Origin: Candidatus Magasanikiibacteriota bacterium
GTDB lineage: Bacteria; Patescibacteriota; Patescibacteriia; Magasanikbacterales; UBA922
Direction: 5' to 3'
DNA length: 64,000 bases
NCBI GenBank assembly: GCA_018652595.1
Contig: JABIBU010000016.1
Location: 26,911 to 90,910 of the forward strand
In this document: positions 57,096 through 64,000 of the stretch, piece by piece
How positions within the stretch are numbered: position 1 is the stretch's first letter
Layout of the letters: the number at the start of each line of letters is the position of its first letter
Translations under genes and position numbers: made by a program
Notes under the pieces: generated by a model
What the model was told of the DNA's origin: nothing
The model's database searches: none
The model's input: only the letters and a program-made list of their open reading frames with translations

Positions 57096-57133
57096 AATTT
57101 TCAGGGTACACTGATGCCCAAGGTATCAATTAT

Positions 57134-57565
57134 TTAAATTCCCAACTCAAACATATCTTCTGCAATATTCTCACTTTCTTTTTCACTCTTTGTCTTATAT
57201 GCTTCCCAATTTTTCTGATCCCAAAGCTCGAGACGGTTGTATAGCCCTGCCACGACAACTTGTTTCTTGAGACCAGCAAAACTGCGAAGATACTCTGGCA
57301 ACATTACTCTACCTTGCTTGTCCACACCCACATCCATGGCACCAGCCAGCATCAGACGTGCAAAAGCACGGGCTTTGGCTTGTGAAAATGGCAAAGTAGC
57401 CAATTTGTCAGCCAATTTTTTCCACTCAATCTTGGTATACAGGAACAGACAATTGTCCAAACCACGAGTGACTACTGCCCCCTTACTCAAATCAGCCCTA
57501 AATTTCTTTGGTACTGCAAGTCGCCCCTTCTCGTCTAAATTGTGGCTATATTCACCTATGAACAC
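57134..57565 (-). CDS. mraZ: Transcriptional regulator MraZ
   Basis: DEKGR and DKQGR repeats; GTG start. Confidence 0.97.
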   Translation of the reverse strand: MFIGEYSHNLDEKGRLAVPKKFRADLSKGAVVTRGLDNCLFLYTKIEWKKLADKLATLPFSQAKARAFARLMLAGAMDVGVDKQGRVMLPEYLRSFAGLKKQVVVAGLYNRLELWDQKNWEAYKTKSEKESENIAEDMFELGI

Positions 57566-57630
57566 AAGATTGTAATTATTGATAAATAGACAAGCACCTT
57601 ATTTATCAACTTAATGCGCAAGGTTAGTAG

Positions 57631-57670
57631 TTCCCCACTTTTCCCCACGTACTTCCATTATATACCACTT
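57631..57670 (-). promoter_or_regulatory. MraZ-binding direct repeats
   Basis: Four 10-bp-spaced units on the minus strand: aagtggtata taatggaagt acgtggggaa aagtggggaa. Confidence 0.7.
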
Positions 57671-57701
57671 TAAAACACTTAGCAACCCTTTTTAGGGTTG
57701 T

Positions 57702-57739
57702 TTATCCACACCCTAAAGACAATAATTTAATTATTCACA
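57702..57739 (+). promoter_or_regulatory. Two DnaA-box-like sites
   Basis: TTATCCACA at 57702 and TTATTCACA at 57731. Confidence 0.5.
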
Positions 57740-57746
57740 CCCACTC

Positions 57747-57775
57747 TTGACAAAACCTTTGTTTTGTGCTATAAT
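57747..57775 (+). promoter_or_regulatory. Perfect sigma70 promoter
   Basis: TTGACA-N17-TATAAT with extended TG. Confidence 0.85.
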
Positions 57776-57780
57776 GCTTT

Positions 57781-58145
57781 GTTAAGTTAAATAAGTCAAG
57801 ATCCTGTGTGTATATAATAATTTGTCTATACACAGGGCCTTGGGTGGCCAGACGACGTGCACCCAGTACGGGCAGGCAGTAAAAAATGGTTCACAATCGC
57901 GAAAATGCGAGGAAAAACCAGATCAATCATGATCCTGGAGAACCATCTAATCTGCAGCCACGCAGGGCAGTTCACCAGAACCGTCGACCAGCAATCTGGC
58001 CACCCAAGCCCCACTCAATTCCGCCCTTTTTAGGAGCAAGTAGCAGGCGTGCACCTCCCAAGCCATCTCGGCAATCCATGGGAACCCTTTCGCACAACAA
58101 AAGCCTGCTACTTGCTCCATGAAACTCTTTGACTATTTAAGTAAT
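57781..58145 (+). ncRNA. Putative large structured ncRNA of unknown family
   Basis: 5'/3' closing helix; perfect 14-bp and 16-bp stems enclosing branched domains; own promoter and terminator; no credible ORF. Confidence 0.65.
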
Positions 58146-58156
58146 TAAAGAGTAAT

Positions 58157-58184
58157 AAAAAACCAGCGATAACGCTGGTTTTTT
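58157..58184. terminator. Bidirectional terminator
   Basis: A6-CCAGCG-ataa-CGCTGG-T6. Confidence 0.82.
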
Positions 58185-58206
58185 AATTATCAATTTTACC
58201 TAAAAA

Positions 58207-59562
58207 CTAAATCTCAAACTCCTCACCAAACTCAGGTATAAAAGCCTCCACTTTATACTTATCCCTCAAACGATGTGCAAATTCTGTAGCTGCATGTGAT
58301 TCGCCGTGTATGCAAAAAATCTTTTTAGGTGTGTTTCCACTAGATCCTGCCCAGTCAATTAATTTTTTCTGATCACCATGAGCAGACAGAGCGCCGATGG
58401 CTTTTATTGTACATCTCACATCCACATCGGCACCCATAATTTTTACTTTTTCTTTTCCTTCATAAAGCTTTCTACCCAAAGTCCCACTGGCCTGATAACC
58501 GACAATTATAAGTGTGGAATTTGGATCTGGGAGATAGCGGAAAGCATGATGAATAATTCTACCACCATTCATCATACCGGCTCCGGCAATTATCATTTTG
58601 GAACCACGAATATGATTAATTTGTTTGGACTCTTCACGTGTATGGGTCATTTTTAATCCAGGAAAATCCAGGAAATCATCCCCAACCATATGCAGACGCA
58701 TGGCTTCTTCATCATAGTATTCTGGATATTTTCCATATACTGCAGTAGCATCAATTGCCAGCGGACTATCCAAGAAAATTGGAATCTTTGGAAGTTCCTT
58801 ATCATGCTCACTAAGCTTATTTAGCTCATACAAAAATTCTTGTGTACGCTCCAAAGAAAAAGCTGGTATCATAATGGCCCCACCTTTTTTTACACCCTCT
58901 TTTATTAATTTTAGAATAACTTCACGCCTCACCTCAATTGGTTCGTGAATCCTGTCGCCATAAGTTGATTCACAAAGCAATACATCTATATCATTACTTA
59001 ATTTTTGTGTATCTTTCAATATTGGGACATTTTCATTTCCAATATCTCCTGAAAACGCAATCTTCTTACCGTCTACTGACAATTCTATAAAGGCTGCGCC
59101 AAAAATATGTCCAGCATCTTTCCAAATGGCTTTTACGCCGGGCAAGACTTCTGTCTTTTCATTATAGTTTATTCCAGTGCAATAAGATTTTGCTACCGCA
59201 ATATCTGCCTCACCAAACAATACTGGCGTGCCATAACGCTTCAAATTTTCTTTCATAATATGCCAACCATCCACCCAAATAAGCTCAGCAAATTCGCAAG
59301 TTGCTTTGGTCATCCAAATCTTTCCCTTGAAGCCATCCTTTATTAATTTTGGTATTCTACCAACATGATCTAGATGTCCGTGAGTAACCAGAAGAACGTC
59401 AATCTCTGCTGGATTGAAAGGAAAATCTTCGTGATTTTTGCCCTCATTAAACTTACCCCCTTGGAACATCCCACAATCTACTAGGATCTTGTACTTGTCT
59501 GTCTCTAGAAGATGACAAGAACCCGTCACCCCACCAGCCGCTCCACAAAATTTTAATTTCAT
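58207..59562 (-). CDS. MBL-fold beta-CASP ribonuclease
   Basis: VTGS, DCG, THGHLDHVG, AGHIFG, ESTYG, GYQA and SAHGD motifs. Confidence 0.92.
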   Translation of the reverse strand: MKLKFCGAAGGVTGSCHLLETDKYKILVDCGMFQGGKFNEGKNHEDFPFNPAEIDVLLVTHGHLDHVGRIPKLIKDGFKGKIWMTKATCEFAELIWVDGWHIMKENLKRYGTPVLFGEADIAVAKSYCTGINYNEKTEVLPGVKAIWKDAGHIFGAAFIELSVDGKKIAFSGDIGNENVPILKDTQKLSNDIDVLLCESTYGDRIHEPIEVRREVILKLIKEGVKKGGAIMIPAFSLERTQEFLYELNKLSEHDKELPKIPIFLDSPLAIDATAVYGKYPEYYDEEAMRLHMVGDDFLDFPGLKMTHTREESKQINHIRGSKMIIAGAGMMNGGRIIHHAFRYLPDPNSTLIIVGYQASGTLGRKLYEGKEKVKIMGADVDVRCTIKAIGALSAHGDQKKLIDWAGSSGNTPKKIFCIHGESHAATEFAHRLRDKYKVEAFIPEFGEEFEI

Positions 59563-59649
59563 AAAAATTAATTAATACTAAAGTAAATAGAGTATACCAC
59601 AAAACAGAGCCTACACAAAAACCAAAAACTATGGTATTATATCTACAGT

Positions 59650-59727
59650 GCTTTTTCTAAAAAGCCTTTTTAGCTCTACCTGTCGGTAGACAGGCTTTTC
59701 CAGCTTTTCAAGCCTTTTAGGCATTTA
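59650..59727. repeat. AAGCYTTTC-family 9-bp array interrupted by a CCTGTC/GACAGG palindrome
   Basis: aagcctttt tagct... aggcttttc cagcttttc aagcctttt aggcattta. Confidence 0.65.
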
Positions 59728-59731
59728 TATT

Positions 59732-60406
59732 ATGCGTCGAAATATCGAACAAATAGAGATCAAGGAGCCACCTATTCAAGAACTGGGCAAAAAAAGATCT
59801 TGTCTAAAAAGAACTTGTTTTACTGGCTGTGGCTGCATAGTTATCTTTATTATTGCTTCTATTTTGTTATTAAAATTTGCTACTGGACCCAGAACAAAAA
59901 AATTGAATGAAGTTCCAGATAATTTTCCTGAATCAGTCCCGCTTTATGATTCAGACAATATTGAAGAAATAACCTTTACTTCCGGAAAAGAAAAAGGTCG
60001 TGCACTAGAGATTGTCGCCTTTGTTCCAAAATTAATCCTATCTCCTATTATTTTAGGGCTTGACAAGGAGGATAACTCTGGAACTGGTATCAGCATGAAT
60101 ATTAAAAAGACAGGCACTTGGAAAAACTTTGTAAACATAATGAAAGAACCTGTAGTCGATCACCGCGATACAATCCAAATAGAATGGACTGAGATGCCTG
60201 CCGAACCTTGGTTTGTGCAGAGCTACTATGAAACAGAATTAAAAAGTTTTGAGCACATCACAGAAAGAGATAATGAAAAAGATAATACCATTCGTAGGTT
60301 GAATTTTGAATTAGATGAAATAGAAGGTATACTATATATAGAAGACAATCCCACACAAGGTGGAACTGATTATGTATTGTTAACCGTAAAAACCCCTATA
60401 AAATAA
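59732..60406 (+). CDS. Hypothetical membrane-anchored protein
   Basis: Cys-rich juxtamembrane segment CLKRTCFTGCGC followed by a TM. Confidence 0.7.
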   Translation: MRRNIEQIEIKEPPIQELGKKRSCLKRTCFTGCGCIVIFIIASILLLKFATGPRTKKLNEVPDNFPESVPLYDSDNIEEITFTSGKEKGRALEIVAFVPKLILSPIILGLDKEDNSGTGISMNIKKTGTWKNFVNIMKEPVVDHRDTIQIEWTEMPAEPWFVQSYYETELKSFEHITERDNEKDNTIRRLNFELDEIEGILYIEDNPTQGGTDYVLLTVKTPIK

Positions 60407-60423
60407 AGAATAATTTAAACCAT

Positions 60424-61344
60424 ATGTCTATCAAAGTCTTGAAACAAAAAGAACTAACCTGGGTCAACATCGACAAACTCGATAATGAGGCTTTGGCTTA
60501 TCTAAAAGAAAATTATAACTTCCACCACTTGGACTACGAAGATTTGCAAGGTGAGGTACAGACCCCAAAAATAGACGTATATAAAAATTATCTATTTCTG
60601 GTCTTTCATTTTCCTCATTGGAATTCTGTTTCACAAAAAGTAAAATCTCATGAAGTAGACGTATTCATGGGAGATGGATATCTAATCACAATCCAACACA
60701 CCAAGAGCAAAGAAATAAAAAACTTTTTTTATCGCTGTACAAAAAACAAAAAAGTAAAAGCTGACTGGATGCAAACAGGCCCAGGCCATCTATTATACAG
60801 ACTCACAGAGGCACTATTTAGAAATAGCCAGCCAATATTAGACACTATTGGAAAACAAATATCTGAGCTAGAAAATGAGATTTACTCTGGAGAACAAGAT
60901 ACTAAGACTGTAAAAGAACTTGCTATTCATCGTAGAAATATTTTGCAATTTAGAAGAATACTAGACCCACAACGATATCTAATTAGTAATCTTACTCATA
61001 TTCGCAAATCCTTTTTGGATGAAAGCTTGGCAATTTATTTTGATAATGTTAGCGATTATTTGAGCAAAATCTGGTCTATTACAGACACTTACCGAGATAC
61101 AATAGATGGATTACATGTAACAGTAGAATCTCTTATAAATCACAGGACAAACAAAGTAATTAGTGCTCTAACAGTTATTTCTGTCTCACTACTACCTCTT
61201 ACTTTGCTTTCTGGTATTTATGGCATGAACATCGCTGGTCTACCACATGCCCAAAATCCTTTTTGGGTCTGGATGATGTTTATAGGGATGCTATCTTTTA
61301 TACTAATAGTGATAGCTGTGATGAAGAAGAAGAAGTGGTTGTAA
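60424..61344 (+). CDS. corA: CorA family Mg2+/Co2+ transporter
   Basis: GIYGMN signature; two C-terminal TMs. Confidence 0.9.
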   Translation: MSIKVLKQKELTWVNIDKLDNEALAYLKENYNFHHLDYEDLQGEVQTPKIDVYKNYLFLVFHFPHWNSVSQKVKSHEVDVFMGDGYLITIQHTKSKEIKNFFYRCTKNKKVKADWMQTGPGHLLYRLTEALFRNSQPILDTIGKQISELENEIYSGEQDTKTVKELAIHRRNILQFRRILDPQRYLISNLTHIRKSFLDESLAIYFDNVSDYLSKIWSITDTYRDTIDGLHVTVESLINHRTNKVISALTVISVSLLPLTLLSGIYGMNIAGLPHAQNPFWVWMMFIGMLSFILIVIAVMKKKKWL

Positions 61345-61346
61345 TA

Positions 61347-61376
61347 AGTAGAAAGGTAAAAGTATAAAGTAGAAAG
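61347..61376. repeat. 7-bp tandem array, left arm of the four-helix-bundle cassette
   Basis: agtagaa aggtaaa agtataa agtagaa ag. Confidence 0.82.
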
Positions 61377-61379
61377 ATT

Positions 61380-61727
61380 ATGTCTTTAGAAAAATTTGAA
61401 GATATAATTGCCTGGCAAAAAGCTGGCAAACTTACTTTAAGTGTCTATAAAACCTTTAAATGTTGTAAGGACTATAATTTTAAAGATCAAATACAAAGAG
61501 CTACAGTATCAATAATGAATAATATTGCCGAAGGGTTTGAAAGGAAATCAAATAAAGAGTTTATAAGATTTTTGTACATTGCAAAAGGATCTTGCGGAGA
61601 AGTTCGATCAATGCTCTATTTGGCAATTAAATTAAATTATATAAAAGAAGAAGATTTTCAAGAGTTTTATAATAAATCAGTAGAAATTTCCAAGATACTT
61701 TCCGGATTAATTAAATCACTCAAATAA
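61380..61727 (+). CDS. Four helix bundle protein (23S rRNA IVP / Avd-like family)
   Basis: FEDIIAWQKA, QIQRA..SI..NIAEG and FL.IAKGSCGEV motifs. Confidence 0.92.
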   Translation: MSLEKFEDIIAWQKAGKLTLSVYKTFKCCKDYNFKDQIQRATVSIMNNIAEGFERKSNKEFIRFLYIAKGSCGEVRSMLYLAIKLNYIKEEDFQEFYNKSVEISKILSGLIKSLK

Positions 61728-61757
61728 CTTTCTACTTTTACCTTTATACTTTCTACT
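61728..61757. repeat. Inverted 7-bp tandem array, right arm of the four-helix-bundle cassette
   Basis: ct ttctact tttacct ttatact ttctact. Confidence 0.82.
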
Positions 61758-61764
61758 GATTTTC

Positions 61765-63378
61765 ATGATCAAAAGAATATTGTCTTCACAATCAAATTCT
61801 ATAACAGGCGCTGCCGTAGTTCTCGGTCTAGCGTCTTTTATAAGTCGATTAATTGGTATAGTCCGTGATCGCCTCTTTGCTCACCACTTTGGAGCTGGAG
61901 ATGTATTGGATGCATACTATGCAGCATTTAGAATTCCTGATCTAGTTTACAATTTGATAATTGTCGGAGCCCTGTCAGCTGGTTTTATTCCTATCTTTAT
62001 GAAATTGCTGGTAAAAGACAAGGAAGAAAGCTGGAAAGTAACCAATAGTATAATAAATATTTTAGGATTGATACTAGTGATTACTTGTGGAATTTTTTTC
62101 TGGTTTACACCTGGGCTAATGAAACTGATAGTACCTGGTTTTGATGGCGAGAAAATGCAGATGACTGTCACTCTAACTAGAATAATGTTCCTAAGTCCAA
62201 TCTTGCTTGGTATCAGTGGTATTGCTAGCAGTGTATTGCAATCTTTTAAAAATTTCTTGATCTACTCCCTCACACCAATCATGTATAATTTGGGAATTAT
62301 TATTGGTGTGATTTTTTTTGTACCAATTTGGGGAATAAACGGCTTAGCGTACGGTGTGATACTTGGCGCACTACTGCATCTTGCTATTCAAATCCCCTCT
62401 CTATATCATCACGGCTTTCGTTATCAAGCATTGTTTTTGTGGAAAAACAAATATGTCCGTGAAATTGGTCGTCTCATGATACCACGAACTTTGGGCATGG
62501 CTGTTAGTCAAATCAATTTATTAGTAATTACAATTTTAGCTTCAACTCTCACAGCCGGAAGTATTGCGATTTTTAATTTGGCCAATAATTTACAATTTTT
62601 TCCCATTGGCTTAATCGGCATTTCTTTTGCTATTGCGGCATTCCCTACTTTGGCAAAATTTGTCGCTGAAGACAATAAGCAGGAAATGATAAACCAACTA
62701 TCCTCGACCATTCGTCAAATTTTATTTTTTATAATTCCTCTCACTGTCGCCTTTTTACTATTACGCGCCCAGATTGTTCGCGTAGTTTTGGGCTCTGGTC
62801 AGTTTGATTGGAATGACACAATTCTCACTGCCAATACTTTAGCTTTTTTCTCAATCTCACTTTTTGCCCAGTGCTTAATTCCACTACTCGCTCGTGCTTT
62901 TTATGCTCTACACGACACATGGACACCATTTTTTGTAGGACTTGTCAGTGCCGGAGTAAATGTAATTGGAGTACTATATTTCAGACAGCTTTTAGGTGTC
63001 AGTGGTCTAGCACTTGGTTTTTCAATAGCTATGATTGTACAGATGTCCCTGCTCTGGCTACTTCTAAGAGGAAAACTTGGGACTCTGCACGAATCAAAAA
63101 TAATTATGTCGCTTTATAAAATTTCTGTAGCTGGAGTAATTATGGCCATATCCGTGCAAATTTTAAAAATCCCCCTAGCCAATCTAGTAGACATGACCAA
63201 GTTTTGGGGAATTCTAACTCAGGGATTCGTAGCCGGTGGAGCAGGCTTGATTATATACGGATTTATCTGCTGGATTTTAAGACTAGAAGAAATGCACCGA
63301 TTCTTTGGAAGTTTGAAACGTAGATGGTTAAAATTAACAAATGTACAAGGTGAAATTAATAGAGCGGATGAAATTTAG
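61765..63378 (+). CDS. murJ: Lipid II flippase MurJ
   Basis: SRLIG.VRD, AFRIPD, GALSAGFIP and RAFYA motifs. Confidence 0.94.
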   Translation: MIKRILSSQSNSITGAAVVLGLASFISRLIGIVRDRLFAHHFGAGDVLDAYYAAFRIPDLVYNLIIVGALSAGFIPIFMKLLVKDKEESWKVTNSIINILGLILVITCGIFFWFTPGLMKLIVPGFDGEKMQMTVTLTRIMFLSPILLGISGIASSVLQSFKNFLIYSLTPIMYNLGIIIGVIFFVPIWGINGLAYGVILGALLHLAIQIPSLYHHGFRYQALFLWKNKYVREIGRLMIPRTLGMAVSQINLLVITILASTLTAGSIAIFNLANNLQFFPIGLIGISFAIAAFPTLAKFVAEDNKQEMINQLSSTIRQILFFIIPLTVAFLLLRAQIVRVVLGSGQFDWNDTILTANTLAFFSISLFAQCLIPLLARAFYALHDTWTPFFVGLVSAGVNVIGVLYFRQLLGVSGLALGFSIAMIVQMSLLWLLLRGKLGTLHESKIIMSLYKISVAGVIMAISVQILKIPLANLVDMTKFWGILTQGFVAGGAGLIIYGFICWILRLEEMHRFFGSLKRRWLKLTNVQGEINRADEI

Positions 63379-63498
63379 TACACGATACAATATACACGAA
63401 ACAAGATAGTACGTACTTTAAGTACGTACTATTTATTTTTATATCAACCCTTGTCAAGACCAAAAAATAATGCTAAAATATAGTCAAAATAGCTTTTT

Positions 63499-64000
63499 AT
63501 GAATATCCGAAACTTCTGTATTATTGCCCATATTGACCATGGCAAGTCCACTCTAGCGGACCGTCTTTTGGAATTGACTGGAACCATAGAAAAGAGAAAC
63601 ATGAAAGCTCAGCTCCTAGACCAGATGGACATAGAACAAGAGCGTGGTATTACCATCAAATTACAGCCAGTAAGGATGGCTTACAAGGACTATGTTTTGA
63701 ACCTAATAGATACTCCGGGTCATGTAGACTTTACTTATGAAGTTTCACGTTCCCTTGCAGCTGTAGAAGGTGCAATTCTTCTAGTCGATTCTACCCAAGG
63801 TGTACAGGCTCAAACTATTGGTAATCTATACTTAGCTCTAGAACAAGATCTTAAAATTATTCCAGTCCTAAATAAAATTGATCTGCCAAATGCAGATGTA
63901 GAAAAAGTAAGCGATGAAATTATTCATCTGATTGGCTGTAAAAAAGAAGACATACTCACCTGCTCTGCCAAGACTGGCGAAGGAGTGGAAGAAGTTTTGA
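63499..64000 (+). CDS. lepA: Elongation factor 4 (3'-truncated by window)
   Basis: [29 protein letters not shown] and DTPGHVDF motifs. Confidence 0.96.
   Translation, partial: MNIRNFCIIAHIDHGKSTLADRLLELTGTIEKRNMKAQLLDQMDIEQERGITIKLQPVRMAYKDYVLNLIDTPGHVDFTYEVSRSLAAVEGAILLVDSTQGVQAQTIGNLYLALEQDLKIIPVLNKIDLPNADVEKVSDEIIHLIGCKKEDILTCSAKTGEGVEEVL

Noticed and set aside
57690-57745. Replication origin
   Set aside because: Only two DnaA-like boxes, no dnaA/dnaN nearby, and no evident switch in strand composition
57826-58122. 78-aa (+) and 62-aa (-) ORFs in the track
   Set aside because: Low-complexity Pro/Arg/Ser-rich or motif-free translations across long perfect stems; better explained as RNA
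57781-58145. RNase P RNA (rnpB often lies near mraZ)
   Set aside because: GAGGAAA at about 57909 is not followed by GTCC, no P4 partner is present, and there is no GGACTTTCCTC for the opposite strand
57781-58145. IS110 bridge RNA (5' hairpin plus two large stem-loops)
   Set aside because: No IS110 recombinase in the window, and the domains are branched rather than simple internal loops; resemblance only
61380-61727. Diversity-generating retroelement (Avd-like gene)
   Set aside because: No reverse transcriptase and no template/variable repeat pair seen in the window
1-64000. Alternative genetic code (UGA recoding as in Gracilibacteria)
   Set aside because: Conserved genes translate fully with code 11 and TGA serves as a normal stop (for example recR and alaS)

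Overview
AT-rich bacterial chromosomal segment using the standard code. Gene order and content suggest Patescibacteria/CPR (Parcubacteria-like); this is an inference from the infA-rpmJ-rpsM-rpsK-rpsD-rpoA-rplQ-rplM-rpsI order, the shortened AlaS, the GAGC-type signal peptide and the many glycosyltransferases. Housekeeping genes include def/fmt, the alpha ribosomal operon, alaS, mnmA, murA, dnaB-ybaB-recR, rplU, mraZ-rsmH-ftsL, corA, murJ and lepA. There are two surface-polysaccharide clusters and a rocD-proC operon. I found no rRNA, tRNA, CRISPR array or transposase. The most interesting signals are non-coding. (1) A ~365-nt highly base-paired RNA-like locus at 57781-58145 between a perfect sigma70 promoter and a terminator, matching no RNA family I recognise. 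(2) A leader-peptide (Val-Pro-Pro) terminator/antiterminator attenuator upstream of the proline-producing rocD-proC operon. (3) A SAM-I-like riboswitch variant in front of an orphan 69-aa ORF. (4) Three small genes (GxxExxY, GIY-YIG, four-helix bundle), each enclosed by its own inverted repeats, with orphan, empty and in-frame copies of such repeats scattered through the window. All structures were paired by eye; no folding or database search was run.
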